DNA of 64,000 nucleotides from assembly GCA_951804945.1 (NCBI GenBank), contig OX638156.1, forward strand, positions 49,166,001 to 49,230,000. Reading direction: 5' to 3'. The notes beneath the pieces were generated by a model. It did not search any database and was not told where the DNA came from. It saw nothing but the letters and a program-made list of their open reading frames with translations. Both the position numbers and the translations under genes were made by a program. Of the stretch, positions 12,727 to 26,243 are shown one piece after another. Every line of letters starts with the position of its first letter. Position 1 is the first letter of the stretch. Source of the DNA: Podarcis cretensis (taxonomy: Eukaryota).

Positions 12727-15700
12727 TCATAATTTTTCTTTGTCTTGATCTGAGTAGCAAAGGTAGAGCCGCCACCAAGTTCTTCAGGGGCATCTTTTGC
12801 AATTGTTCTTGAACTTGTCTGAAGCAAACAGGCCAACACTCCCTCTCAGTGAAATGAAGAGCTCATTTCAAATTCCACAGATGGAGATGCATGTCCCCAT
12901 GTAAGGGAGTGCTAGAGTTTGGGCAGTGGGACTAACTTTCCTTTTGGCCCCTCGTGCTCCTGCTCGTAGACAGTTCTGCATCCTTTTGCAAAGTGGTGGG
13001 AAACTGCTGCAAAATGGAGCTCCCTTTACAGGTTGAAAATGTGTGCCACTCCCTCGCTCCTGCTTTCTGCTTAGCTCTAGTTTGAGATGCATAACCAGAC
13101 AAGGCTCTGCCAAAACCTACTGTTGCTTTTCCCTCAAGAGAGCCCTTGGCTTGTCAGAAGTGGGTAATGGATTGGGATGTAGGATCCTTGGGATCAGGAG
13201 TTAAACTAGGAGCTGGATTAAGCCCTGAAATGGCCAGATGCCTATCCCTAGGGCAGCAGTTTTGTTTGCTGTCTGGTATCTCCTGACTGCCATTTATTCA
13301 AAGCTCAACTTTTTATCTTCATGTGTTTGAGTTTATTTTGGAATCTGTTCTTCAGATAGACGGTTCATCTTTTAAAAACAACATCCTGCAGTGGTACTAA
13401 TTAATGATCGGTCTTTAATAACAGCTTCTTACTTGGCTTGGAACTGCACATGCTCTAGTATTTAAACTTGATTGCAGGGTCACATGGAAATGACAGTGTC
13501 AGGCGAGATCTGCAAACATTATTAGAGAGTGCTCATGTGATTTGTTCTAAATGCAGGTCTTTGGGGCTGTGTTTGCCATTTAACACCTTTGTCACTGGCT
13601 ACTAGAAATGCACTGGGCTGCAGCTTCCCATAGAGAGTCCATTCATATGGTCAAAGGGCTGGCCTGTGGCCAGACTTTTCTAGTAAAAACATTTTGACAG
13701 TGGGTTGCTAGAAACAGCAGGTGTTGAATGTTAATTTGCAAAATTTGTGAGAGATGATGACTCTATCCTGAACATGCTTAGGCTGGTTTTTTATATTAGA
13801 GCAGAAGGAATAATTCAGAAGGGAGAACAGTTGTTCCACATGCCGCTCTGGACTTGTAGAATTACTTGGAGCTGGAATTGGCCACAAGCAATGTATTTGA
13901 AAATATCACTGTCGTTAATCTAAAATGGTTTGTGGTAATTTGTGGCCTGTCAAGTTGAGCACAACCTATGAGTTGTATGTTGTGATCAGTGAAGTACTTG
14001 AGCTGCCCATCTGCAGTCCCAAACAGACAACAAAAGCAGGTTTGAATCCTGGTGGACTGTCATGCAAAAGGAGGTAGTAATATTGCCCCAGTGTACTTCA
14101 AGCCGAGTTGGCAAGTGGACAGTTTATTCCCATTTTATCCTTCCAGTATACACTATGAGGTCACTCAGTGAGATTCATGGCTGAGCTGGAGTTTGAATTT
14201 GGGTCTTCATTATCCAAGCCCAACTTTCTACCCACTATTTCACAGTGGTTCTCATAACTATCATGCTAAGTTATGTCCATGTCTGACTGTATTACACACA
14301 GCTGCTAAATGACATTAGCTGTGTTATGCTAGAGATGTCTGTTCTGAACTCAGTGGGGCTTACTTGTGTGAGACTTGCATCCAGGCGAGTATAGTAATGT
14401 ATACCACTTTTCATGTTAGTGATTTGATATTGCCTCAGTTTTCCATAGTTCATTACCAGGAAGGGTGAAAATAGGTTGTTACTGCGTTGTGCTTGGAACT
14501 GTGGGAAGGGCAGCCTTCCCCAATCTGACAAGTTCCAGATGTTCTGGAGTAGATTACCCATCAGCCCCTATCAGCATGGCTGTCCAAAACATATGAAAGG
14601 CACTAAGTTGGGAAAGGCTACTGTGGAAGAAAACACTCTTTAAACTTTAACATTCACTGAAAACTCCACAAAGTGTTACTTTAGATAAGTCTTTCCAACT
14701 TCTGTAGGTATGTGTTTAAAAGATAACCTTTGCCGAAAGGTGGAGTGGGTTTGGCTTTTCTTTTTCTGTTTTGTGACTTTTGTATTATTTCTACATACTT
14801 CTAATTCCAAGCATTTAATCTTCTTCAGCTGGGTGTAGACATAACTGGGAGGACCCTTTTGACACCAGGATTTTCTGGAGACAAAGGAATTTAGGGATTT
14901 TAGATTTCTATTCAAAATTTTACTGAGAGGAAGGTCCTATGGTACTAATAGTCAGGTGCCACAAATTTTAGCTAACGTTGGTAGCAAGCTGTTATTTATG
15001 ATTTCCCCAAATCTTCCTCCACTCTTATCAGTTCTCTGGAACACACAACAGACTTGGCATAGACGGGTAAGTTAACCTTTGCCATAGTGCTTTGAAGGTA
15101 CTCAGAAGTAGTTGGAAGGATTCTTCCTAGATCCTAGGATCTGCGAGGTCCAGTGCAAAAGTGAGAGGCTGACCTTCCCTCCCCCAAGACCCTTGCACAT
15201 ACCAAAGGAGTTAGGCAAGAGTGGGTTTTCTCTCCCAAGTAAGATAAGTCTCCCTCCCTTGTTGTCATGCAGAGAGAACCTTGAAGGGAAGGGAGGGAGG
15301 GATGTATCACATCACTCAGGGACTGGGCAGATAGTTGCCAGGAAGACATGACTGTATTTATGGAACTCTATTAATGGGACTTCATAGTCAGCATGTTCAT
15401 AATTACTTTTAATGTAAAAACAGGGCAATTGGCAGTGTGCGCTTTTGTGCCGCTCTGTTGAGATGCTTTGTTCTAGACATTTCCAAGGTCTCATTCAGAA
15501 ACATACTTCAACAACTGCAGATTTCAGCCATTGAGAATCTAGTGGGGTTGCAAAAGTCTTATTCTGTATTCATTTTTTAATGAACTTTATGTAATGCAAA
15601 ACCTTATTCTAAAGTGTGGTATGTTGGTAAGGTGTCTGTTGGTTTCTGAATTTTGTCGCAGAATCCATTTGTGCCACTTATTATAAAACAGAATGTTGTA

Positions 15701-18700
15701 GTGCAGAGAGCTCCTGTTCAGCAATGCCTTTTCTTTCCCTCCAACAGATAGTCAGCATTCTGTGGTTACTGAGCATGCACTGGGATCTTTGGGTCCCCCC
15801 CCCATTTAGGACTTTTTTGTTTATACAAATTTGTGGGTTCCCCCAAGCCTGGTGATACTTTCTTCCTCTTGCTTGTGCTTTCTTACCTACATAAACGATG
15901 GTATTCACAGAAGTATATAATGATTTTAGGTAGCTGTGGTTGGCAATTTCAAACCCTTCGTTATACTATTTTTGTACTTCCACTTCTTTTCTTTCCAGAA
16001 TAGAAATTACCTGGTTGAAGGACATTCCTCTCTTAACCTCATTTGTTACTGATGTAAAGCAGCAGCTGTACCCATTGTGAGGGAGGCTTTGCAGGTGTGC
16101 GTGTCTGGCTCTTTGGTTTGTCTCCAAAGCTTTTACTGCAGTTTCATTCATCCAGTCCTGTTTCCTGTTGTCTGCTTTCCTGGTGCTTATCGTGCAAATG
16201 GGAGCAGCTCAGGATCCAGAGTGCCCTAGTGGCTGGGTAATTCAAGTGCACTTTCAGAAGGGTGTGATGACTAAGAAGTCCTGGAAAATACTGGTGACTC
16301 CACTCCTCATTTGTCATATGGGTGTTCACTCTAGAAACTATTGTTGCAAACATCAGATTGTTGTTCATCATTCTTAAATTAGATGATTACAAGCTTGTGG
16401 CTCTAAGAATGAAGTAGGTCACTCTGTTCCTTTTTGATTCTGGCTTAATAAGGAAGAAGTTGTTTTCAGGTGGAGGAGTTTGGTATATACTCTTGAGTCA
16501 TTCTAGATAAAGGTGTTGACAGCGTTTGGGATAGTCTGGCAGTTAATTAAAAAGTACTTAGAAAAGGAAGCTCTACATGCCATGTGCCCAAGCGCCTGTG
16601 ATGCTGGCCATGAGACTGCAAAGTGGTGTTTACAGTTCCTTTTGTAAACTTCATGTCAGCAGATCCAACGTGACATGGAGTATAGTACTACTCCAGAACC
16701 TGCTGCTTTTGAAATGGAAGCATTGAGACCCCGTATTGTGTGTGAAATTCCACAATATGCTTTACATCAGGGCGACCAACACGATGCCACCCAGATGTTG
16801 TTAGGGTCCCAGCCCCTTTGTTCCTGACAATTGGCCATTTTGGCTGGGGCTGATCTGAGTTGGCGTTTAACATCTGGAGGGCAGCACACTGGCTACCCCT
16901 GCATTACATACATTCAACTACAAATAATCCAGTCTGGACCTAAGTGGCTTCACTTTCACTTCTCAAAAGAAATCCAGGAGGCAATCTGTTGCCCTGGGAG
17001 CATAGGGCAATATCCTCGTGCTTTTTTGGCTCTGAATTGCCAGGACTCTTTGTCCTGAACATGCAGTGGGTTATTTTGGTAGCTTTCCTCTCGGGAGTGG
17101 GATCCCACTCCTCTGCCAGCCCATGAGTCCTTGTGGAGTAGCAAAGTATATTTAGTCCATGGTGACTGGACTGTGGTTTGTGTAACATGATGCTTCAATG
17201 CCTCCTTGACTGGAATCTCTGTGGTTTATGTTAAAAGAAAGAGAAATGTGTCTGCACCATGTGGCTGAACATAAATCTGCTGGAAGCTACACAAGAGCTA
17301 GTTTTGTCGACTACAAGGCCTTTCTATTAAAACAAAGAGGCCTTCTCCGCAGCTGCTGAAAGATGGGCTTTCAAGGAGGATTCTTCAGCTTTCCTGCAAG
17401 ATGCAGGTGCTTATTCCTGGCTCTTGGCAGGCAGCTGGAATCAAATAGTGCTGAAGGCACCAAAGGTGGCTTACAGTCAGCCCTTCATCTCAATCAGAGC
17501 TTCATTTTCCACACACATGTGTCAAGAGAACAAAAAACAACAACCTTGCAATGTTAGTGCTGTTCCTATACAGAGATGCTAGCTCTGCATATATGCAGTT
17601 CTCAACTCTGGATAAAGGCTGATAGGTAACTGTGTTTTCCTGCAAGATCTATAGCCGAATACAAACATAATTTCTTAATAGTGATTAAGAGATTAGAATG
17701 GGGCCATGGGATCACCCCACTTTCCTTTTTAATTAGAATTTGAAGTCAAGACTTGGAGCTTATTCACCAACTTTGGGTAAAATGGGATCTAATAATTAAG
17801 GCTGTTAGAAATTAAGACATTAAGGTTGTGAAGTAATTGAGAAATTTAAGCTAAAGAGGGCTGGGGGAGAAAGCATGCATTCCATAGCATGCTCCCAATA
17901 TCATGGCCATAGTTAAGAGATTGACAGGAGAGAGGCCTATGTGTGAACACCACCCTTATATCTTAGACTTCTTCCTGCTTTGTGCTGAACACTGTTGATC
18001 ATGTTGTTCACACTAAGCATGAAATGCTTCTTCCTGTTCTGGCTGTTATATCCACTCAATAGCAAAATGTGCTTCCGATTTAGGGGTTCATCCATTTGCT
18101 ACCCAAGAGTGCCACTCCCAGAATTGCACTTGGATACTGACTTAACCCTTGCAAAAGGGTGAAAACAAACAATATTTAACACTAGTACTAATCAGTTGAG
18201 CTGCCCTCACCACATTCATTTATTTGTAGGTTATTTACTGCTATATGTTTAAAGAAGGACAATGGAAACTTTTCAGCCTGTCAGAATAGAGCTTTAGCTC
18301 TCTGACCGCAGAAGGCCAAACTGGATAGGTGAGCTGCTGTCTTTTGGAAAGAAAAATGCTTCTTTTAAAAATGGATAATTTTTTAATTCACAAAGGAGCT
18401 TGCAGAGCCCTTTACCTGGTGCTTCCCAAGAGCCTGCTGTCATCTTTGCTCCCTGATCTGTAAAAATGGTTTTGTAAGAAGAATCTCATGTTTGCTTTTT
18501 GTATGTGCTGCATTGGAAGTTGCCACTGATAAGTCCTTCCATGGCAGTAAACAAAAGTGTGTCTTTGAAACAATACCAGAACAGTTGACAGTCCTCCTTG
18601 ACCTACTGAGTTTATAGAGCTTTCTCAAGTGCCCTCTATCTCCACAGTAATGTGACAAGAAAATAGGAAGAAAAATGTATACTAGCGGGGGCTGGCACTC

Positions 18701-19209
18701 AGAATTTAATGCAAGACTTTCTTGACATAATATGCCTCTCCTCAAGATAGCAGGTAAATTGGATTACTAGAAGTATTCCTGGTCATTACTGCAAGAATTG
18801 CTTTACCTTCCTTTCCCCACCCCACCCCTCCTTGACTTGGTTTATTTATTTGTTGTTAGTGCGGCGTTCTTTAGTTATTAGCTATTTCTAACCTGTGTAT
18901 TAGTTGATCTGAGGATGGGGTGTATTTCATTGAAAAAATCTCTGTATAAATAGTCGAATAAAACCAGAACTGACAAACCAGAACTGAAAAACATAAGAAC
19001 ACTGAGCAGATCAAAATACTTAACTGCAATCAAGAAAGCCTTAATTCCTGAGTAAACAACCAGGCATTGGTGCTGAGACAAGGCCAGTGTTGGTGCTCAT
19101 TAGACCCTCAGAGAGGAGGGTATTCCATAAATGGGGCAGCACAGCAGAGAAGGCCCTTTCCCATGTCACCATATAGTGTATGCACTGCCTGGGAATTTTT
19201 AGAAACAAA

Positions 19210-20140
19210 AAAAAAATGTGATTTTTAAATGGATAGTATGATTGGTGAGTTTGGACCCATCATGTCAATGACATATTGGTCCACCATCTTTATTCAAATT
19301 GGTACCTGGCATCAGCCCATCACCCCCACCTTGCAGCCCATCACCCCCACCTTGGGAAACATTGTACTGAATTTGGTGATGATCTCTTGAGAGAAGACGA
19401 AACATAATGCCAAGAAATGGGCAAAGTCATGCCAAAGTCATATTTTGATCCACCATCTTGATTCAAAATGATGCCCAATGCTCACAAAGTCTGCAACCCT
19501 TACTTTGAGAACCCTCTGGCCTAGTTTGGTGATGATTTTCACCCCCTCCCATTGCAAGAATCTCCTGATCTCCTGTTTTCAGAAAGGAGGGGGCAGAAAC
19601 TGCTCTTCGCTTCTTCTGCTCCTGCCTGACTCTGTGGAGGTCTGTGTGTTATCTATGTAGAGATTAGATGGCTGAGTAAGAGCTGTAACACTCATTCAAG
19701 CCAGTAGCTCTTTAGTTTAGTTTGCAGTAGCTATTAGAAAATAAAGAAGTTATGCTTCACAGCTTTCTTCCGTGTTGTTCATATTCTGCTGAGTTTGGTG
19801 CTCACAATGGGCAGTTGTGGGTCCAGTGCACTTAGACCTGCTTTCCAGGAGTGGAAGGTCTCTGGAAGTGCTCCAGTCACCTAGCCCAGTCAGGGCAGAA
19901 GAAGTTGTTGAGCCCAGTCGTTGACATCGGCTCAAAGGTGTAATAACAGATATCTCAAGAGGCAGGCAAACCTATGCCAGAAAGGGCCCAGTTACATACC
20001 ATAGTCACAGTTTGGCCATCAATTCAAAATGGTGCCTGGCACCTAAACATTGAATAGACCCCCCCACCTCAGGACCCCTTGTGCTGCATTTGGCGATGAT
20101 ATCTTGAGAGGCACCCGAATGTATAGAGAACAAACTGACA
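19210..20140 (+). mobile_element. Fragmented repeat, possibly a non-autonomous Helitron
   Basis: Recurrent ccaccatctt..attcaaa and tttggtgatgat motifs (~19280, ~19450, ~20020) ending gaatgtatagagaacaaac. Includes a 21-bp tandem duplication at 19313-19354. Confidence 0.4.
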
Positions 20141-21537
20141 ATCCACTTCCCAAAGTTACTGTAGAATTCTCAGTGGCTGAAATTTGCAGTTATTGGGGTA
20201 GGTTTCTAAATAAGATCTTGGAAATTTCTGGAACCATTACTGACACCTTGAAATCAGACTGGGAAGCATGTTGGCAACCAGCGCAGTTCTTTTAGAACTG
20301 GAATTATATGGGCCCTCTATGCTTCCACTTAAGAAGCTAGCCACACATTCTGCGGTAGCTGCTGCTTCCACGTCACCTTCAGATTTGTCACAGAATGTAG
20401 CACAGTGAATTGTACAGCCATTTCCAACCTTATCCCTGCAAATCCAGCCGCCTTATTGACTTTCAGGAGTATACTACATGTCTCATTTCTTATAGGCTCT
20501 GGATCAAAATCAGAAGAATCAGTTAAGCCATGAATTACAACTATGGACAGTAGCGGGAGCAGGGACAGCTCAAATGAATAATGTAGAACCCCTGTAATTC
20601 AGCAGAAGAGTCTTGAGGCTTGTAGATGAGCTCCTGTCTGTTCTCTCTGCCAACAGTTGGGCATACTTACCTAAGACGGGGTCATTTGAGGACATTTGGT
20701 GCTGCCTGGGTTCTCTTATCTCTCAGGCACAGCATATGTGCCTAGTCTGCTGTCCTCAACAGTTACAGCATCCTTTGCTAAAGGGAAGAAAATGCACTCA
20801 AGATATAGCAGAAAGTGTGTGCTGCCAACAAGTCTATAGGTTAGGAGGAAAAGGAAGACCACTTGGAAATGTACATGGGAACAAGTTAGCAGTCCCACAA
20901 AAAGTCACAATAATCCGTTGTGTATGAAAGCAAAATTAATAGTAATTTGCTCTTAAGAATGAATGGAGGAGTGGGTGAGAGTGTATGTGTATGTATACAC
21001 ACACAAACCATGCACATGCACATACGTACGTGTGTGTGTGTATGTGTATGTGTTTATTATCCAAACTGTGCAGAGAAACAAACTGAACAAGAGGGAATGA
21101 ATTTTGATTGTTATTAGTACATTAATGTTGAAAATAAAAACCTGATAGTCTAGTTGTATCAGTACTGAGTCAGCTCTGTGTGCAGTACAGCACGTAATTT
21201 CAAACACTGGTTACATCCATCAGAACTGAGACACTCAAATCAGTCTGCTCATCAGAATTGGATTTCTGCTACAGAGTGCTGAATAGCTTGATGGTGTAAG
21301 GGTTACCAGTCACCATTTTTCTGACTTCTCCTCCAGAGCTTATTTGTGTCTGATATATGAGAGCTCAGAAGTTACCACCTTGTATTTTAGTAATTCTTCT
21401 TTTCATTAATGCTCTCAAATGTTAACTACATGTCTCTTTACTCCTGCTTTGTATGAGGATATATCTCTGCCTCTTCCCTGTTTATGTATCCTATAATGTA
21501 CTTTTTGTTCCTATTGTCAGGCTCAGCCATCGTTTAA

Positions 21538-21825
<288 letters not shown>

Positions 21826-22399
21826 TGATTTCTTGGGTGAAACAAAACCAACATGATCTCATTTATTTGTGTCAATACTGGTAAATTACAACTACTGCTG
21901 TGAACAATTCATGTATCTACATCCAGTTTTTTCCTTTACTGCTATCTCTGTCCCAGCTGGAAAGGAAGGACTGATAAAGACTTACCAGTGGTACTCCCAT
22001 TTCTCATGGTTCAGATTGGGAGCAAAAGTTCAAGGTTATTGCTCTATATACACTAAAGCAGACTGTCAGCCCCACTGCAGTTCTCTAAGCAGGTGAATAT
22101 ATTGCTATGTGAATATACAAGATTGAGTGGGGAGGGGGAGAATCTCAGTTAATATTCATTTTAGGGATTCTTGAGCTCACCGTGAAGTGTCTTAATGATT
22201 AAACTGATTGCTAGAGAAAAGCAAGCAGCAGCTGAGGAATATTTGATTCAGGATAAATGATGTCTAAGGAATTATAATGAAAATGTTTTAATTATCCAAA
22301 TAGGGAGGGTAGAACTAGACATTGAAAATCCATGGGCATATGACAGCAGTCCAAAGAGGCCAAAATGCCATAGGATAAAACTCATGTGCCAAAGACCTT

Positions 22400-23690
22400 T
22401 GGAGAAGAAGACCCTATATAAGTGTTTATATGCTGATGCTAGAAGCCTCAGAGCCAAGATACATGAGTTGGAGCGCCTGGTTTTAAGGAGAGCAAAGGTA
22501 CAGTGGGCATCATGGAATCCTAGCGGAACAGAGAGAACCAGTGAAATAAAATTATCTCTGGATATAATCTCATTCGGAAGGGCATACTGGATGAGTTGTT
22601 GCTGCTTATGTCAAAGAGGTTGTAGAATCCCACAAACTAAAAATCTTAGAAGGGACACCCATCTCAACAGAATTGCTGTGGGTGGCAATACCAAGCCGCC
22701 AAAATAATTTACTACTGGGGATCTTCTAAAATGTTCAAAGCGATCTTGGGATGGAGAATGATACCAAAGAGGTATCCAGAGGAGGAAGTGACTTCAATTA
22801 TTTCCACATAGACTGGGTACATGCACATTTTAGTCATGACAAAGAGGTAACATGACTGAGCCCTAGAAGAGTTGGTCATGGAGCTGACCAGAGGGGAGGT
22901 AACCCTGGACTCAATCTTAAGTAGTGCCCAATGTGATGTGAGAACTAATGGAGACCAGAAACCACGGCACTGTCAAATTTAGCTATTTGTAGACAATTGC
23001 CAAAAAAAGTCCAACACAGTCACATTTGACTTCAAAAGGGGAAAGTTCCCAAAAATTAGGGGATTGGTAAAAAGAGTCAATGTTCTCTTAAATGCTTAGC
23101 GGTTATTCAAAACTGCAAAAATAGAAGCTCAGCTAGAAATATACTGCAGAGCAGGAAAGGGAACACCGGGGTCAAGAATATGGTAGCAGAGTCAAGGAAG
23201 GCTTTCATCTAAAAAATAGAAGTCTTATCCAAATGAGGAGAACCAAAAGGAACATAAACTTTGGCAAATAAAGGGCAGGCAGACAGTAAGGGATGTGAAA
23301 AAAGTGAGGAGCACATTGCTGCCCGAAAACATAAAGACCAACAACTAAAAAGTTCTTCAGATGCATTAGAAGCAAGCAGAGAGAGAGGCAGTTGGACATT
23401 TGGATGACAGGTATACTAAAGGAGACAGCACTGAAGCTGAGTGAATTCTTTGCATCTTCACTGTGGAAGATACAGGGAAAATCCATGTACCTGAACTTTC
23501 TCAGGAAGTGAGTCTGAGGAACTGAGGTGTCAAGAATCAGGTCGAAGGAACCAGATATGAAAAGGTCCAGATGGCACTCACTCAAGAATTTTTAAATGTG
23601 AAGTTGCTGATCTTTAAGAGAAATGTGTAATTTGTCCCCAAGATCAGCCTCCATACCAAGAGAAAGTATGCAGATGACATTATATAATCA
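22400..23690 (+). mobile_element. Degenerate CR1 LINE ORF2 fragment
   Basis: KCLYADARSLRAKIHELE resembles the CR1 endonuclease start (CLYTNARSMGNKQEELE). Later eroded motifs include tatgcagatgac (YADD) near 23667. Many stops and frameshifts; boundaries approximate. Confidence 0.8.
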
Positions 23691-24118
23691 CATGTGCACA
23701 AACTTACTCTTCATTTTGATTTGGGGCTAAGCTGTGGAGGTACTGGCCAGAGACTAGAGAGCTATGTAGAGCATGGTATTCATTTTCCTATCCACTAAAG
23801 CCCCGCCCCCAAAACCCTATGGTTTATTTTCCTTTTCTTTCTGAGCCTTCTGTATCATGGTGAGAATGTAGTCAGGTTTTTTTCTTGTAATCCATCAGTC
23901 TAGGTCAGGGATGAGCACCTGTGGCCCTCCAGTCTATGTTGGACTTCAGCTCCTTTAATCCCTGACCATTATCCATGCTGGCTGGAGCTGATGGGAGCTA
24001 TAATCCAGCAAAATGTGAAGTCCACAGGTTGCCTGCTCCAGTCTACACAAAGAACAAGTTCAGCATCAAATACAGCTTCCACTGAAGAATTATCAGTGAG
24101 GTCCTCTAGTGAAGGCAC

Positions 24119-24663
24119 TGAGGAGATTTCACCCCTCCCATACCCAAGAATCTCCTGAGAATCTCCTGAGGTCTCTGCTGACTCTACAGAGAGGAGGAGC
24201 AATGTACTGCTCTCTACTTAATTAGTCAAGTGAGTGAATCTGTGTGTGAGAGAGAGTCAGTCAGTGTGTCGGGGAGAGAGTGCAAGAGACCGTGTTTATA
24301 GATAAGATTGCTGCTAAGAGCAGCTGCAGGCACTCAGAGTATAGCATTAATTTATGCTCAGAATATTTAGCTCTGTATATAGTTTGTATCATAGCTGTAG
24401 TTATAGAATAAAGGAGGATATTTTACAGAGCTGCTCTCCGAGTGGTTTATACTCTGCAAGACTCTGCAAAACGCTGCTGCGCAACGACTGTATAATTGAG
24501 ACAGTGAATCCGGTGCTCTCAGCTCCAAGCTGTGAGTCCACAGCACTGTGACCTGTTCCTGTGGGAAAGGAGGTCTCTGGCAGTGCTACCCAGCTCGCCT
24601 AGCCCAGTCGGGGCTGTAGTGCATGAGTCCAGTTGGTACACTGGCTCAAGGGTGATGCTGACA
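24119..24663 (+). repeat. 5' LTR (545 bp)
   Basis: TGAGGAGA...GCTGACA, direct repeat of 27907-28451 with 4 substitutions by eye. AATAAA at 24407-24412. Confidence 0.97.
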
Positions 24664-24665
24664 TC

Positions 24666-24679
24666 GGTTATGGGCCCAG
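24666..24679 (+). promoter_or_regulatory. Primer-binding site complementary to the anticodon arm of initiator tRNA-Met
   Basis: GGTTATGGGCCCAG is the reverse complement of CTGGGCCCATAACC in eukaryotic tRNA-iMet. It starts 2 nt after the LTR. Confidence 0.92.
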
Positions 24680-25007
24680 ACGTTGTTCCAGTCGTCTGAC
24701 CAGTTGTTGTTCCAGTCGTCCCAGTCGCCAGAGGTGTCTGTTGCTGATCGCTGGACGGCGGAACGGAGGCTGCATACTGGACTGATTTGTAGTGCCTAGA
24801 AGCAGAGCTGTGTTGAAGCAGAGTGTTCAAGCTGCCGCTGTTGCTGTTGCTGCTGCTTGAGGTATGTTGCTGACTGCCAAAGAAAGAAGATAGCATCCCT
24901 GTTTGCCTGTTAATTGCGCTCTGAGTGGGAGAGAGAGTGGCTGAAGAAGTCCAAGGCTTTATCTGTGTTTGCACGAGGGAAGTGTCTTGCTCTAAGTAAT
25001 AGCAGAC

Positions 25008-26243
25008 ATGGCCTGTGCACATTCTGGCCAGATGGCTCTATCCTTTCCCCTCCTCACGCCTGAAAACTATGCAGTTTGGCAAGTTAAGATGAAAGCGCTT
25101 TTACAGAGGGAAAAGCTATTTCACACGATAGAAGATGACCCTCCAGATAAAGATGATGATGATTGGGCTGAGTGGCATGCTGCAGATATGAAAGCCCGAG
25201 GGACAATTGTTTTGAGTGTTTCAGACCACTTGCTGGTGAACTTAGAGGGTCAAGAGACTGCACAAGCTGTTTGGCATAAGTTGAGAGATATGCATCTGAG
25301 ACAAAATGCTGGTTCCAGTGTGATTTTCTTCAAGAAGCTGTGCAGGTTACAGTTGGAGAAAGGTGGTGATTTGCCTAGCCATCTATCTCAGTTAAAGCGT
25401 CTCAGACAGGACCTTGTTCAGCGAGACCTGGCTATTTCAGAGGCTGTGTTTGCAATGCTGATGATAAATAGCCTAGATGATTATTACGATGGAGTAGCTG
25501 CCCAGATTTCTACAATGCCTGGTGACCGTCTAACAGAAGATTATGTGTCTAGCGTGCTCTTGAATGAGTGGGATCGCAGACAGGCTGTTAGAGAAAGCCG
25601 GGACTGTGCTGCTAAAAATGTGCTTGAAAATGTGCCTTCAGCAGGGGAAAGTGAAAGTGAAACTGCTGCTGTTAAAGCACTAAAGTTGAAGCGGTGCTTT
25701 TCATGTGGAGCACAAGGCCATTTGAGTTTCCAGTGCAAGAAATCTTCAAAGAAGAAGGGAAACTTCAGAGGCAGAGGGGGAGGAGGACGAAATCCCCAAG
25801 CACCTGCTACTTCCAAAGCCTTGATCTCTCGCTGCTCTAATCAACGTGGGCGGAGTTTCTTCGTGATCGACTCTGGCTGTTCCAACCACGTAGCCAAAGA
25901 TAAGGATCTCTTTGTTCAGCTTGAGAAGCAAGAGAAAGAAATTCATCAAGCAGATGGGACAGTTCTCACGAGTGAGGCTAAGGGAACTGTGTTCTTAAAG
26001 AGCCTGAATGCAACTATTAAGAATGTCCTGTATGCGCCTGATATTCAGGACAATTTGTTGAGTGTTTCCCAGCTTGATCATCAGGGTTTTAAGGTGGTGT
26101 TTGCTAAATCTCGCTGTGAAATTCGTCGAGATGGCAAGCTCATTCTATATGCAAAATGTGTAAATGGTCTGTATCAATTGCCTTTTGTTTCAGGTACAGG
26201 TACTGCAGAAGCAACTGAGAAAGAGTTGCAATTTGTCTATTGA
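25008..26243 (+). CDS. Copia Gag-protease ORF (411 aa)
   Basis: Copia Gag N-terminus (LLTPENYAVWQVKMKALL), zinc knuckle CFSCGAQGHLSFQC (CX2CX4HX4C), aspartic protease VIDSGCSNHV, and NVLYAP...NLLSVSQL. Confidence 0.95.
   Translation: MACAHSGQMALSFPLLTPENYAVWQVKMKALLQREKLFHTIEDDPPDKDDDDWAEWHAADMKARGTIVLSVSDHLLVNLEGQETAQAVWHKLRDMHLRQNAGSSVIFFKKLCRLQLEKGGDLPSHLSQLKRLRQDLVQRDLAISEAVFAMLMINSLDDYYDGVAAQISTMPGDRLTEDYVSSVLLNEWDRRQAVRESRDCAAKNVLENVPSAGESESETAAVKALKLKRCFSCGAQGHLSFQCKKSSKKKGNFRGRGGGGRNPQAPATSKALISRCSNQRGRSFFVIDSGCSNHVAKDKDLFVQLEKQEKEIHQADGTVLTSEAKGTVFLKSLNATIKNVLYAPDIQDNLLSVSQLDHQGFKVVFAKSRCEIRRDGKLILYAKCVNGLYQLPFVSGTGTAEATEKELQFVY

Noticed and set aside
24354-24551. Identical 65-aa ORFs at 24354 and 28142
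   Set aside because: They are the same stretch of the two LTRs, not a duplicated gene.
24519-25022. 167-aa antisense ORF across the LTR and leader of the copia element
   Set aside because: Low-complexity S/T/Q sequence produced by the GTT/GCT repeats of the leader. No recognisable domain.
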